Of a DNA stretch of 64,000 nt, positions 1 to 9,335 are shown in pieces. A model generated the notes under the pieces. It searched no databases, had not been told where the DNA came from, and saw nothing but the letters and a program-made list of their open reading frames with translations. This DNA is from a virus: IMG/VR virus record IMGVR_UViG_3300009034_000011. One strand, written 5' to 3'. A program made the position numbers and the translations under genes. Every line of letters begins with the position of its first letter. The first letter of the stretch is position 1.

Positions 1-19
1 AAACAAGGCATAATAGAAA

Positions 20-95
20 TGGTGGACCGGACGAGAGTCGAACTCGCATATACTTGATTGCAGGTCAAGCGCTCTCCCAATTGAGCTACCAGCCC
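20..95 (-). tRNA. tRNA-Ala (anticodon UGC)
   Basis: Reverse complement gives a cloverleaf: acceptor GGGCUGG/CCGGUCC, discriminator A, encoded CCA, T-arm GCGAG-UUCGACU-CUCGU, anticodon loop CCUGCAA. The G3:U70 wobble is the Ala identity element. C33 is unusual. Confidence 0.8.
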
Positions 96-298
96 ATAAG
101 ATCTGACAATCTACTCCGAGCACAGTCCCGTACTAGGGAATCGGTACTTACCAAAAACTCCGGCAGCTCCTTAGCACTCATCTTCCCAATTAACTGTTCT
201 GCCAAGGAACCACAAACATAATGTTGATCGTTACTATTATTAAAGGGATCGTTACGTTCCTTTATAAGATATCGCAATATAATTATATCATCAGTCAT
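86..298 (-). CDS. small protein with C-terminal HEAT-like motif (paralog family member); C-terminus overlaps tRNA-Ala 5' end
   Basis: 70 aa ending in ELPEFLVSTDSLVRDCARSRLSDL, matching the family motif LPEyL-x6-VRxxAxxRLxxL. Confidence 0.5.
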   Translation of the reverse strand: MTDDIIILRYLIKERNDPFNNSNDQHYVCGSLAEQLIGKMSAKELPEFLVSTDSLVRDCARSRLSDLMGW

Positions 299-906
299 CC
301 GGAAACACTTCGGGCAAAGTCGATAGCCATCTGTTTAGCGTCTTCCATCGTCTTAGCTGCCCACTCTCCTCTTCCTAATTCTATTACACAATTCTCCCTA
401 GAACAGCGGACACGACCTCTTACAGGCCCGGTAACTTCTAGAAGACCCTCTGGTTTATCGGGATCAATAGCTACTACTTTTCTCCAGGTACTGGCATTAC
501 ACATATCGCCTTCCCTGAAACTACAATCGTAACCGATCTGTGTAAAGCTACTCGGTATATAGTGACAATCACCTTTCTTACAAGTACTACCTATTGAAAA
601 CCCATATATTGCTCGATGAGACCACCCATACCACTTTTTGGTCTTAGGAGCGTATCCTATAGAACACACGGAATGATCTGGAGCTGTTCTCTCAAATTGA
701 GTAATTCCAAATCTATGAACAAGTCTATATGCCCGCTTAGAACTCCCTATATAATCTCCGGACTTAGTATGGGCCATACCAGTCATCTCAACGAGCTCAC
801 AATCATCCTCAACCCCCATGGCTTTAGGGTCCACAATCTCTGTACATATATCATAGTACTTCATACGCCGCGTTATTATAACTTCTACAACCCCGCGTTT
901 ACTCAT
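295..906 (-). CDS. hypothetical protein
   Basis: 203-aa ORF with plausible start. No recognisable motif. Confidence 0.45.
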   Translation of the reverse strand: MSKRGVVEVIITRRMKYYDICTEIVDPKAMGVEDDCELVEMTGMAHTKSGDYIGSSKRAYRLVHRFGITQFERTAPDHSVCSIGYAPKTKKWYGWSHRAIYGFSIGSTCKKGDCHYIPSSFTQIGYDCSFREGDMCNASTWRKVVAIDPDKPEGLLEVTGPVRGRVRCSRENCVIELGRGEWAAKTMEDAKQMAIDFARSVSG

Positions 907-928
907 TACTATACCCCGAAATGTTAAA

Positions 929-1018
929 TGGCGGAAGGTGAGAGACTCGAACTCTCGGGGCTTTTTACACCCGGCTGTTTTCGAGACAGCTGCCTTAACC
1001 CAACTCGGCCAACCTTCC
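929..1018 (-). tRNA. tRNA-Ser (anticodon CGA), type II long variable arm
   Basis: Acceptor GGAAGGU/ACCUUCC, discriminator G, CCA, 3-bp D-stem, anticodon loop CUCGAAA, long variable arm, T-arm GAGAG-UUCGAGU-CUCUC. Confidence 0.75.
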
Positions 1019-1023
1019 GCATT

Positions 1024-1099
1024 TGGAGCCAGCGACGGGAATCGAACCCGTAACCTGCTAATTACGAATCAGCTACTCTACCAATTGAGTTACACTGGC
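1024..1099 (-). tRNA. tRNA-Thr (anticodon CGU)
   Basis: Acceptor GCCAGUG/CGCUGGC, anticodon loop UUCGUAA, T-arm ACGGG-UUCGAUU-CCCGU, discriminator U, CCA. Confidence 0.75.
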
Positions 1100-1100
1100 A

Positions 1101-1985
1101 TTATGGACGCACAGGTCTCCCTGGTGCTGGAAGAACTATTTGTATTCCATCTGTAACGCCAACCGCAGATGGGGTTCCAGCACCGTTTATAGCTCTAACA
1201 CCTCCATAGTAAGTCCCACCGAGCGACAAGGTTATACCAGCGAATACTTCTGTAGCAAGTCCGACGGAGACCCAATCTTGTACATCAGTTCCACCTGATG
1301 TAGTTCCAACACAATATTGATATCCTAAAATCCCGGACTCCGCGTCGCCACACTCTGGCCAGGTAATGTGAAAATGAGTCGCAGTGGCTGTAACATCTCC
1401 ATCATCAGACACAACCGGCATCGTAGGTGGCGTAAGATCAACAGTCGCACGGTTGGATGGGTCTGACATCGGACCGGATGCACCTACGTTATTAAGTGCT
1501 TCAACTTCTAATCTATAAGTCTTCCCATGAACTGCGGCAAAGGGAAGCGCAAGAGGGTCTTGCTCTGTAGGCGCAGTAGCATCCGGAGTTTCAAACGCAA
1601 GAAGAAACGAAATAACATCTAACCACAAAGTTTGCCCATCGTCCTTCGTGGGTCTAATATCGTATGTTGATGCACCGTCAACTATCTGCCAGGCGTTGTC
1701 CCAGCGTTTTGAAACAGTGGCCACATCTGAAAGGGTGATATTATGATCAATAAAGGCAGCACGCAACCCGGCAGAAATTACCCCACTATCCAACTCACTT
1801 TCATATGATGCATCAACTGCAAATAGAAACTCGAATACATACCCTTTGTAGTGGTCAACATTCCCGGCTGCGGGAGCCCAGTAAAATTCCAGTGCCGTAT
1901 CATTATCCCACGAACGATTCTGAGCACTAGCACTCAGGGTGTATAAGCTCAAAACTAGTACGAACAAAAGTACTCGTCTGTACAT
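1101..1985 (-). CDS. secreted protein with fibronectin-III/Ig-like beta-rich region
   Basis: N-terminal signal peptide MYRRVLLFVLVLSLYTLSASAQ. Repeated Thr/Gly/Val-rich strands typical of FN3/Ig-like folds. Confidence 0.45.
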   Translation of the reverse strand: MYRRVLLFVLVLSLYTLSASAQNRSWDNDTALEFYWAPAAGNVDHYKGYVFEFLFAVDASYESELDSGVISAGLRAAFIDHNITLSDVATVSKRWDNAWQIVDGASTYDIRPTKDDGQTLWLDVISFLLAFETPDATAPTEQDPLALPFAAVHGKTYRLEVEALNNVGASGPMSDPSNRATVDLTPPTMPVVSDDGDVTATATHFHITWPECGDAESGILGYQYCVGTTSGGTDVQDWVSVGLATEVFAGITLSLGGTYYGGVRAINGAGTPSAVGVTDGIQIVLPAPGRPVRP

Positions 1986-2172
1986 TGCATCATTCTCCTA
2001 TCCACTCTTTCGGCCGCACTCCTCGCAATCCGCAGTGGAGGTGCCCTCGAGCTTATATCTCCCTCTGCTTTTACCCTTACTTAAAATAGTAAGGCATCGG
2101 TTACATAAAACGCTTACCTTACCTAGCCGTACCACTCTGTTCGCGTACCTGTTAGGCACCGGCAACCTCTTT

Positions 2173-2514
2173 TCACAACGACTTCGAATCCTTGTTAGAT
2201 GGTTCATCTTGTGCAGCTCGCCACTTGCACCGAACATATTGAAGATATACGTCATAGTAATATGCACAACCGGTACATCCATAACGACTATAAACATCTA
2301 CCATCGGAAACAACTTACGACATCCTTCAAGGGCGGGACAATCGTAAACATAAGCTCCCCCGTACTGTTGAATAGGTATTTTCTCTGTGGCAAGTTCTTC
2401 CCATAGGCGATTTAGCTCTGCAAGTCTTTTCCAAGCCTCGTCGCTGTTGGGTCCATAACAGGGACCATAATGCTGCAGGAGGAGGTGCCTTTCTCTACAT
2501 ATATCTAAATTCAC
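2173..2514 (-). CDS. hypothetical Cys/Tyr-rich protein
   Basis: 113-aa ORF. Confidence 0.35.
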   Translation of the reverse strand: MNLDICRERHLLLQHYGPCYGPNSDEAWKRLAELNRLWEELATEKIPIQQYGGAYVYDCPALEGCRKLFPMVDVYSRYGCTGCAYYYDVYLQYVRCKWRAAQDEPSNKDSKSL

Positions 2515-2518
2515 AATA

Positions 2519-2596
2519 TGGAGCCAGCGGAGAGCCTCGAACTCTCAAACCTGCCGATTACAGGTCGGCTGCTCTACCCACTTGAGCTACGCTGGC
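2519..2596 (-). tRNA. tRNA-Thr (anticodon UGU)
   Basis: Acceptor GCCAGCG/CGCUGGC, D-arm GCUC..GAGC, anticodon stem GCCGA/UCGGC, loop CCUGUAA (C33), CCA encoded. Confidence 0.75.
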
Positions 2597-2880
2597 TTAC
2601 TGAGTTTAGAATGTCTCAAAGCTTGTTTATGCGACTCGCCATCCACAACCGTAACTCTTACAGGAACGCCATCCACTTTGCTAAGCCTAGTGTACTCCTT
2701 GTCGGAAGCATCGTCAAGAGCGTAATCGGCACCCATTGCACTTCCCAAAGACTCAGCCTCAACAAGTACGATATGGTTGCCGCCCATATGAGCATAAGGT
2801 ATGACACGAATATCTACAATACCATCGCAACCAGAAAGCGCTTCCCGAACTTTCTTTTCAACTTCCATAAGCTGGTTCAT
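2587..2880 (-). CDS. hypothetical protein
   Basis: 97-aa ORF. Its last codons overlap the tRNA-Thr(UGU) 5' end. Confidence 0.4.
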   Translation of the reverse strand: MNQLMEVEKKVREALSGCDGIVDIRVIPYAHMGGNHIVLVEAESLGSAMGADYALDDASDKEYTRLSKVDGVPVRVTVVDGESHKQALRHSKLSKPA

Positions 2881-2985
2881 ATATTAAAGTACCTTCTAAT
2901 CAGCATCCCAATCCCCCAACCGATAAGAAACGACACAGCAAGAGTAACCGTATGGATTACAACAAATACTTGGAAGAACCTTCTC

Positions 2986-3195
2986 TCAGCTTCGTTCAAT
3001 TTTCTCCATCCTCGACCTTGCATAACCACGTACCAGCGCGCTCTTGTGCGTAAGGAACTCAGGTAACTGACATGGTGCCAGAGAACTCATCACCTTTTGC
3101 ATTTCCCAATGGAGCTCCGGCGTCTTGGCACTACTGCTCCTAGAGAAATTACCATCTTCAGCTATCTCATAAACTCTTTGAATTGGATTAGTCAT
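2986..3195 (-). CDS. small HEAT-like motif protein (paralog family); start trimmed to internal ATG so as not to overlap the tRNA fragment
   Basis: MTNPIQRVYEIAEDGNFSR...CQLPEFLTHKSALVRGYARSRMEKIERS. The longer ORF-track version would read through the tRNA 3' fragment. Confidence 0.45.
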   Translation of the reverse strand: MTNPIQRVYEIAEDGNFSRSSSAKTPELHWEMQKVMSSLAPCQLPEFLTHKSALVRGYARSRMEKIERS

Positions 3196-3209
3196 ATACA
3201 ACAATATAT

Positions 3210-3250
3210 TGGAGTGAGCGAAAGGACTCGAACCCTTACAGAGGCGGCCC
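3210..3250 (-). pseudogene. tRNA 3'-half fragment (Gly-like T-arm, acceptor 3' strand and CCA) with no 5' half
   Basis: AAGGGUUCGAGUCCUUUCGCUCACUCCA closely matches the 3' end of the intact tRNA-Gly(GCC) at 3900..3974. There is no complementary 5' acceptor strand, and a full-length tRNA would have to run into the ClpP-like CDS. Confidence 0.5.
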
Positions 3251-3877
3251 TTATCTAATCTCATCTACAATTCCCATTCTCAATGCCTGATCGGAGTCGA
3301 ACCATAGATCATGCTCCAAAATCTCATCCAGCTTCTCAGGAGGTACTTTAGTATATTGGCCATATACATCCTTGATCATCTCCATGAATCTATCCAGGTT
3401 CTTCATCTCATCCTTAAGCTCTGAGTACTTACCCCACCACATAGAGGAGAGTTGGTGAATCAGGATATGTGCATGGGGCCGCATAATCCTATGCTCGGCA
3501 GAAACGGTAATGAATGTTGCAGCACTTGCTACTGCCCCATCTACAATGCTTGTTACGGGCGCTTGACATCGTACTACTTCATCCATGGCAGCGAACCCCG
3601 CAAGGAGGCTACCACCATAGGAATGGACGTGGAGGAATATATTGGCTGGATCCCTATCCTGGATCTTCGCTTCGTGCATCAGCTGGTTGGATGTTTCCCG
3701 GAGCCTCCTATTCAGCTGCAGGACCTGTTCTGAGGATACATCTGAGTAGAAATATATCCTATTATCTACAACTTCTACGTATGAGGGTTCCTTAATGATA
3801 TCCGCAGTGGGCTTCCTTGGAACCTCAGGTGCACTGCCACCATACCGATTGCTGCGCCATAGATCCGATGTACCCAT
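3251..3877 (-). CDS. clpP: ClpP-family serine protease (possible prohead protease)
   Basis: 208 aa with ClpP-like fold signature around HVHSYGGSLLAGFAAMD, plus His and Asp downstream. GGAGG Shine-Dalgarno upstream. Confidence 0.6.
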   Translation of the reverse strand: MGTSDLWRSNRYGGSAPEVPRKPTADIIKEPSYVEVVDNRIYFYSDVSSEQVLQLNRRLRETSNQLMHEAKIQDRDPANIFLHVHSYGGSLLAGFAAMDEVVRCQAPVTSIVDGAVASAATFITVSAEHRIMRPHAHILIHQLSSMWWGKYSELKDEMKNLDRFMEMIKDVYGQYTKVPPEKLDEILEHDLWFDSDQALRMGIVDEIR

Positions 3878-3899
3878 ATTACTACCTCCACAAAGAAAT

Positions 3900-3974
3900 T
3901 GGAGCGAGCGAAGGGAGTCGAACCCTCATATCTAGACTGGCAATCTAGCGCTCTCCCAATTGAGCTACGCCCGC
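3900..3974 (-). tRNA. tRNA-Gly (anticodon GCC)
   Basis: Acceptor GCGGGCG/CGCUCGC, D GCUC/GAGC, anticodon stem CUAGA/UCUAG, loop UUGCCAG, T-arm GAGGG-UUCGACU-CCCUU, CCA. Confidence 0.8.
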
Positions 3975-4207
3975 TCAACTTACGGTTCAGTGGGGTCTCC
4001 AATCTCGGTCAAGAAGCGCTGATGTATCTGTGCTAGGTCAATAGCAATCTTACCCAACTGCTCTCCCGCCGTGTTAACAAAAGTTCCAAAATCAGCCATT
4101 AACTGCGTGTATGCAGCAATGGGAATAATCGCGGCAACCCTATTACCATCGGGATCCACTATAAAACCTGTAGCTTGAAAAGTCAATTTGCAACCTCCAA
4201 AGTAATT

Positions 4208-4283
4208 TGGAGCGGGCGAAGGGACTCGAACCCTCAACGAGGAACTTGGAAGGCTCCCGCTCTACCAGTTGAACTACACCCGC
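4208..4283 (-). tRNA. tRNA-Gly (anticodon UCC)
   Basis: Acceptor GCGGGUG/CGCCCGC, anticodon stem GGAGC/GUUCC, loop CUUCCAA, T-arm GAGGG-UUCGAGU-CCCUU, CCA. Confidence 0.8.
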
Positions 4284-4512
4284 CCAGATAACTCATGCAG
4301 AACTTCCCAGTGTCGATCTTGCGCCTCATGCATCTGTCTTTGATAGAGCATAGCGGTACCGCGCCAGTGCTGAGCATCCCTTTTAGCAATTCGCTCACAC
4401 GTCTTATGGTAATCTCTTTGGTTAACAAGCACTACGTTTAAGAAGATCGAACCTATAGTTATAACCAAAATCAATATTGAGTATACCGCTTCCACAAGTG
4501 TCCCTCCATGCT

Positions 4513-4537
4513 CTACCAGTTGAACTGCACCCGCTTG
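4513..4537 (-). pseudogene. tRNA 5'-half fragment duplicating the acceptor and D-arm of tRNA-Gly(UCC)
   Basis: GCGGGUGCAGUUCAACUGGUAGAGC matches the first 25 nt of the tRNA-Gly(UCC) at 4208..4283 with one mismatch. No anticodon arm, T-arm or acceptor 3' strand follows. Confidence 0.5.
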
Positions 4538-4692
4538 GGGATGTGGATGTGAGACAATCAGAAGATCTAGAAAAATACAACAAAAACAACACCTTAGGGA
4601 GGATCACACAGGCTAACAAAAACAACAAGCGATTAAGTTTATTGCCTACAACACCCCCGGTGGTAATCTGCTAGCCCTCCGGACCATCCTAC

Positions 4693-4977
4693 CTACTCAG
4701 CTCGTTTTAGCGGAGCAAGCAGTTTTTCAACATCCACATCCATATCTATCTGAGTCATAGCGTTAGCCCTGACAACAGCAGCAGTCAACCTGAACAGAGT
4801 ACTCTGGATCTCTGCCATCTTTGCATCAACCGCTACAACATCATATAAAGGCTCTGAAATCTTTTCAGGTTCACCAAGCCAACGGTCCTTTGTAGAAACC
4901 TGATCGCGAAGTCCCTGTAAACTTGCAAGTCTTTGCCTAAGTGTCTTCTGAAGAGCCAACGCCTCGTTAATAGTCAT
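4693..4977 (-). CDS. hypothetical coiled-coil protein
   Basis: 94-aa ORF. Confidence 0.4.
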   Translation of the reverse strand: MTINEALALQKTLRQRLASLQGLRDQVSTKDRWLGEPEKISEPLYDVVAVDAKMAEIQSTLFRLTAAVVRANAMTQIDMDVDVEKLLAPLKRAE

Positions 4978-5211
4978 CTATACCTATACCTCCTTTCAAA
5001 AAGTACATACAGCATATACAGCAGGTTCGTATGAATAATCTTCCCCTATACAAACCCTATCATGAAATAAACAACCTTCACACTGCTCACGGGGTATTTT
5101 CCCATATCTGGGACAGTCAGCCGACCACTTTTTAGTCTTAAGGTCTAAGTGATACGCAACCTTAGTTTCTCTTCGCCCTACAGCCAAACATGACATAAAA
5201 TAACTCCAATA

Positions 5212-5301
5212 TGGCGGAAGGAGCGGGATTCGAACCCGCGGCCGTGTTACCGGACAATAGATTAGCAATCTATCCTCTTAAGCCAACTCGAGCACCCTTC
5301 C
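5212..5301 (-). tRNA. tRNA-Ser (anticodon GCU), type II
   Basis: Acceptor GGAAGGG/UCCUUCC, discriminator G, CCA, 3-bp D-stem, anticodon stem AUAGA/UCUAU, loop UUGCUAA, long variable arm, T-arm GCGGG-UUCGAAU-CCCGC. Confidence 0.75.
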
Positions 5302-5464
5302 GCTTATAACCGTTAATATACTTTTCTTTCATTATATTATATGGGAAAACCTGAGAAACCTCGCAAGAAAACAGCCTGTGCCCGCTCAACCTTAATCGTA
5401 ATAGTATGTGCCATAACTAACACCATTTGGTGGATATGGGGGGATGTGAATCCCCCCATGGAAG

Positions 5465-6037
5465 CTACTCAGTCTCAGACTCGTCAGTCTCCTCTTCATC
5501 AGGAGTTGGCTCTGGCTCTTCCTTCAGAAAGTCCTCATCCCGAATATCAGCAGAACCTATATCATATAAGTTCCGTGCCGCATCAAAGAGAAGTGTCATA
5601 AGTAACCGCTTTTGTTCTCGAGTCTTCGGACGGAAAAGGTCCCCCAGACCAGAAATTGTATCACGATCGATTTCTGGTATCCTGTTAAGACCTTTGTAAT
5701 CGACCCAATCTTCGCCCGGAAGCTCTGGCTCTGACCCTAGCTCTATCTCTAAGAGATCCTCGCCCATTTCATCCCAAGAAGTTTCTACGAACTCCTTTAT
5801 AGCAGTAACATCACTAACATCAGCGAGAGGGTGAAGCACTACCTCTAGGTGAACTCTGTTTTGACATGTAATAGAACTTATAGCAAAGAAATTCTTATCA
5901 GAATTCAGTTTGGGAAGTAAGACATCCACTAACTTTGGGTGTCCCCAAATCTTGACGAGTCTCTCATAATTTCGCTCTTCTGAAGCTCCCTCATCTACCA
6001 CCAAATAAGGTTTCACGTATTGCACCTCCTTTCGCAT
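5465..6037 (-). CDS. hypothetical acidic protein
   Basis: 190 aa, highly acidic C-terminus (EEPEPTPDEEETDESETE). Confidence 0.45.
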   Translation of the reverse strand: MRKEVQYVKPYLVVDEGASEERNYERLVKIWGHPKLVDVLLPKLNSDKNFFAISSITCQNRVHLEVVLHPLADVSDVTAIKEFVETSWDEMGEDLLEIELGSEPELPGEDWVDYKGLNRIPEIDRDTISGLGDLFRPKTREQKRLLMTLLFDAARNLYDIGSADIRDEDFLKEEPEPTPDEEETDESETE

Positions 6038-6079
6038 AAAGATACCACCCTACCTACCCCACACATCCTCTGCGCAATA

Positions 6080-6295
6080 CTATTTCCTTCTAAATACGAT
6101 TCTGCCACGTGTCAGATCATAAGGCGAAAGTTTAACTGTCACCTCATCTCCTGGCAACACCCTTATATTATGCATCTTCATCTTACCGGAGAGATATACA
6201 AGTGCTTCATGACCATTCTCCAACTCAACCCGAAACATGGCATTTGGGAGAGCCTCAGTCACTCTCGCCTGAACTTCTATAGCTTCTCGTGCCAC
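6080..6295 (-). CDS. infA: translation initiation factor IF-1
   Basis: 71 aa. [50 protein letters not shown] is near-identical in pattern to bacterial InfA (S1-like OB fold). AGGAAGGAG RBS and GTG start. Confidence 0.85.
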   Translation of the reverse strand: MAREAIEVQARVTEALPNAMFRVELENGHEALVYLSGKMKMHNIRVLPGDEVTVKLSPYDLTRGRIVFRRK

Positions 6296-6315
6296 TGTAC
6301 TCCTTCCTAATTAGT

Positions 6316-6392
6316 TGGCGCCCGCAGCGGGAATCGAACCCGCAATCTCTGCCTTGACAGGACAGCGTGTTAGCCAACTGCACCATACGGGC
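6316..6392 (-). tRNA. tRNA-Asp (anticodon GUC)
   Basis: Acceptor GCCCGUA/UGCGGGC, anticodon stem CUGUC/GGCAG, loop CUGUCAA, T-arm GCGGG-UUCGAUU-CCCGC, discriminator G, CCA. Confidence 0.75.
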
Positions 6393-6610
6393 GCGCTACT
6401 CTTGCTCGTAACCCTCGAAGTCGATATAGTGTATTGACGTGAGGGGGAAATATACTGGACCTTTATTGGTATTTTTAAAAAGAATACCGTTACGGTGTAC
6501 ACCACTGTGCAGCTTCGGAATAAACTCATCAAGGGTACAGTCATCTTCAAAAGTGAAAACCTGATCCTTTATAGTATGAATCTTAACAGTAATCATCTTA
6601 TAACTCCAAG

Positions 6611-6907
6611 TTAAGGGGAACGTTTCGACAACCTAATAGTTAGAGCTGCTATACCAATTACTAGTACAATTAGGAAGCCGATGAGGATCAGAGATCCTGC
6701 GATATTCGTTTTCGGCTCCTCTTCAACCATTACTTCACCCGAAGGAGTCTCTGCAACAATAGTTGGACGAGTATCTATAATCTTAACAACAGCAGTTGAT
6801 TGCTCCTGATAAATAATACTACAAACTGCAGCAACTAAACCGCCGCCGACTATACCCGAAATTAGACCTATCAAAATTACTTCTGAGCTACTAAACGTTC
6901 GCGGCAT
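6611..6907 (-). CDS. small membrane protein (two predicted TM helices)
   Basis: 98 aa with hydrophobic N- and C-terminal segments. Confidence 0.4.
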   Translation of the reverse strand: MPRTFSSSEVILIGLISGIVGGGLVAAVCSIIYQEQSTAVVKIIDTRPTIVAETPSGEVMVEEEPKTNIAGSLILIGFLIVLVIGIAALTIRLSKRSP

Positions 6908-6925
6908 CTGTTACCCCAAAGAATA

Positions 6926-7014
6926 TGGTGGGCGAGGAGAGGATCGAACTCTCACGGCCGTTGCTGACCACTAGATCCTTAGTCTAGCTTGTCTACCAAC
7001 TCCAACACTCGCCC
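6926..7014 (-). tRNA. tRNA-Leu (anticodon AAG by 7-nt loop reading), type II
   Basis: Acceptor GGGCGAG/CUCGCCC, discriminator A, CCA, 3-bp D-stem, anticodon stem CUAGA/UCUAG, loop CUAAGGA, long variable arm, T-arm GAGAG-UUCGAUC-CUCUC. A34 is unusual for bacteria. Confidence 0.65.
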
Positions 7015-7020
7015 AATATT

Positions 7021-7095
7021 TGGTGCACCCGAGAGGAGTTGAACCTCCAACCACTGGCTTATAAGGCCAGCACTCTACCGTTGAGTTACGGATGC
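7021..7095 (-). tRNA. tRNA-Ile (anticodon UAU)
   Basis: Acceptor GCAUCCG/CGGGUGC, D ACUC/GAGU, anticodon stem CUGGC/GCCAG, loop CUUAUAA, T-arm GGAGG-UUCAACU-CCUCU, A73, CCA. Near-duplicate body of the tRNA-Ile(GAU) at 11856. Confidence 0.7.
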
Positions 7096-7311
7096 ATTAA
7101 ACCACTCTACTTTCGCCTTCATTATTCCTTCCTGATCACTTCCACTGGTAATCTTCCCACTACTGAATAAACCTTCCATCATTTGGGCAAAGCTATCGTG
7201 ACAATCGTAGCAGATGGCCTTCGATGGAGGATCACCTACACGGATATAAAAAGTGTTATCCTCATCTAGCGGCTCCCCACATACACCACAATTTTCGGAT
7301 TGTTGATTCAC
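7075..7311 (-). CDS. zinc-ribbon protein
   Basis: CGVCGE ... CYDCHD pairs of CxxC. Stop overlaps the tRNA-Ile(UAU) 5' end. Confidence 0.4.
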   Translation of the reverse strand: MNQQSENCGVCGEPLDEDNTFYIRVGDPPSKAICYDCHDSFAQMMEGLFSSGKITSGSDQEGIMKAKVEWFNASVTQR

Positions 7312-7477
7312 GTTTAAGCCTCCGATTTGCTACCTTCCTAACTATAGGAGATGGATCAACCAATAACTCGGGTAGCCAACTCGGATGTACTCGTTTTATC
7401 TCACGTTTTGCGTCATTAAACATCCCAGTTGCAACACACCAACGTACCCTGTTAATGGACTCTCGTTGATATATCAT
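7262..7477 (-). CDS. small HEAT-like motif protein (paralog family)
   Basis: C-terminal SWLPELLVDPSPIVRKVANRRLKRE. Confidence 0.4.
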   Translation of the reverse strand: MIYQRESINRVRWCVATGMFNDAKREIKRVHPSWLPELLVDPSPIVRKVANRRLKRESTIRKLWCMWGAAR

Positions 7478-7746
7478 TTTATGTAAAATGGGACCAAGCT
7501 TCCTCGTCCTCCCACCAACCTAGCTTGGCCATTAACTCCACATCCGCTTTTGTCATCTTCTCGACTGTTGCTTCAAAGTCCCCAGCCCATATCTGATCAT
7601 GTTCACAGGAACACGGTATGTCATCGGAGTACTGCAATAGTACAGCTAAACCCCTAGGCAGTGGGCTTTTGGCTTTATAATCCATCTCTGTCTGCTTTAT
7701 GATTTCCTTTGCTTCTTCTACAGTCACAAGTACCTCCTAATAGAAA

Positions 7747-7832
7747 TGGTGGGCACGAAGAGATTCGAACTCTTATGGCTGCTAACCAACGAGGTTTGAG
7801 CTCGCCGTGTATTCCAACTCCACCACGTGCCC
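7747..7832 (-). tRNA. tRNA-Leu (anticodon CAA), type II
   Basis: Acceptor GGGCACG/CGUGCCC, anticodon stem GCGAG/CUCGU, loop CUCAAAC, long variable arm, T-arm AAGAG-UUCGAAU-CUCUU, A73, CCA. Confidence 0.75.
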
Positions 7833-8079
7833 ACACTCAGCTATCACTTACCTCCCTTGCTGCGCTTACACCAGCTACACCTATCTTTCTTGCAACTGGA
7901 TAGTGTATCTTAAGCTCAGCAAGCCCAAAACTCCCTACTCCTTCTTCCCAGATTCGAACTTTCACTACAACAAACTCACCTTCGGTAGTTATTTCCAAGC
8001 CCTCGCCTAGAGCATCTTCCTGGTCTTCAAATATCTCGAGCTGTATTGCTGCCACTATTGCTTATCTCCAAAAGTAAGT

Positions 8080-8156
8080 TGGTACGCGAGGTGGGAGTCG
8101 AACCCACAGTAACCTGATCCTAAATCAGGCGCCGTTGCCAGTTAGGCTACTCGCGC
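8080..8156 (-). tRNA. tRNA with anticodon UAG (Leu by anticodon) but class-I short variable arm
   Basis: Acceptor GCGCGAG/CUCGCGU, anticodon stem CCUGA/UCAGG, loop UUUAGGA, 5-nt variable region, T-arm GUGGG-UUCGACU-CCCAC, A73, CCA. Amino-acid identity is uncertain. Confidence 0.6.
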
Positions 8157-8405
8157 ACCTAATGTCCTTTCCAGTCACACATACTATTCCAGTGACTATA
8201 CGATTTCCGCGGCCTTCTTCCTCTCAACATCGCCTTTACAGCTTGTCTTGTTGCCCTATTAGCCATTCTCTTATAAAACTTACCCCAGCCTGGATTCCAT
8301 CTTCTATGCCAAGGAGGGTCATAGTAGGACCTGCGCCTTTTAGGTTTAATAGGCCTCTCTACCCATCGACCATAATGAAAACGCATATAAGACTCTGCAA
8401 ATTCT

Positions 8406-8831
8406 CTATTCATGGATAAACCACGACCTGATATATCTATCCCAGCGATAACCCCACACCTGCGAAATATACATTATATATGCAACCACTATATCTCTAT
8501 GCAAAGGGGATAGAAACTCTTCAGCCTCCTTATCAGAACACCGACGAAAACATAAGAGATCTTTATCCTTACCACGCCACCACCCGAACCCATACACATA
8601 AGGTACACCAGGTCCTCCACCTGCACGCCAAAGCATAAGACCATGTTCATTCCAGTAATCCACAAGCCAATCATAATCGTGCCCGGTCAACTCTAGCTTT
8701 CCCCTCCATATAGCATACATATCAGCCGCCTGGCGGCCGGCAACGGGATCTGCGGAAGGCCCGCCGATTATGGCGAACAACGCGTCATAGATTGTTTCAT
8801 CAAGTCGATCTAGTAACTTCATAATATTCAT
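8406..8831 (-). CDS. hypothetical protein
   Basis: 141-aa ORF. Confidence 0.4.
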   Translation of the reverse strand: MNIMKLLDRLDETIYDALFAIIGGPSADPVAGRQAADMYAIWRGKLELTGHDYDWLVDYWNEHGLMLWRAGGGPGVPYVYGFGWWRGKDKDLLCFRRCSDKEAEEFLSPLHRDIVVAYIMYISQVWGYRWDRYIRSWFIHE

Positions 8832-9335
8832 ACACCACCAATTGATGCATCACGCCTCTCCAGAAGCTTCACTAACTCACTGGTCTCCCTGAGCATAGCT
8901 ATATTCTTAACTGTACCTAGCCAACATAGCCAGAGGGCGTATGGCTTCGTAGACTCAATCAGGTCCCGCACCAAATCAGGTAGATCGAACCCTTCGCCAG
9001 TCCCGTCACTATACTGCTCGAGATCACCTTCATCATATTCACAGCGCTTATACACTACTCTGTACTCCTCGTTGTCAAGTATTACTTGCTCCCTCATTCC
9101 TTGCTCCCTCATACCAATTCAGTACGTTTCCGGTACTCGCGAACGTTATACGGATCCTCATCTTTACGTATAGCTTCCTTAACGATCTCAACAGAGTGAT
9201 CCGCAAGCCAGAGAACCAATTCAGTACGACTGCGAAAAGCTCCAAGCGCTCGCGCTTCCTCTAAAGTGCATTTCTGCTGCCCTGATAAACTTTGGTCGAT
9301 CGTTGCCATCTAACTTATCTCCTCCCAAAATCTAT

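Noticed and set aside
3210-3285. Full-length tRNA overlapping the ClpP-like C-terminus
   Set aside because: No sequence complementary to the acceptor 3' strand CGCUCAC exists upstream. No anticodon stem can be formed. Only the 3' half is tRNA-like.
3290-3303. T-arm-like GGAGTCGAACC inside the ClpP-like CDS
   Set aside because: No acceptor or anticodon partners. It lies in-frame in a well-supported CDS and is probably coincidental.
4441-4460. T-arm-like GATCGAACC near the tRNA-Gly 5'-half fragment, possibly an intron-containing tRNA
   Set aside because: No acceptor 3' strand follows. The sequence encodes part of a hydrophobic small ORF (4274..4495).
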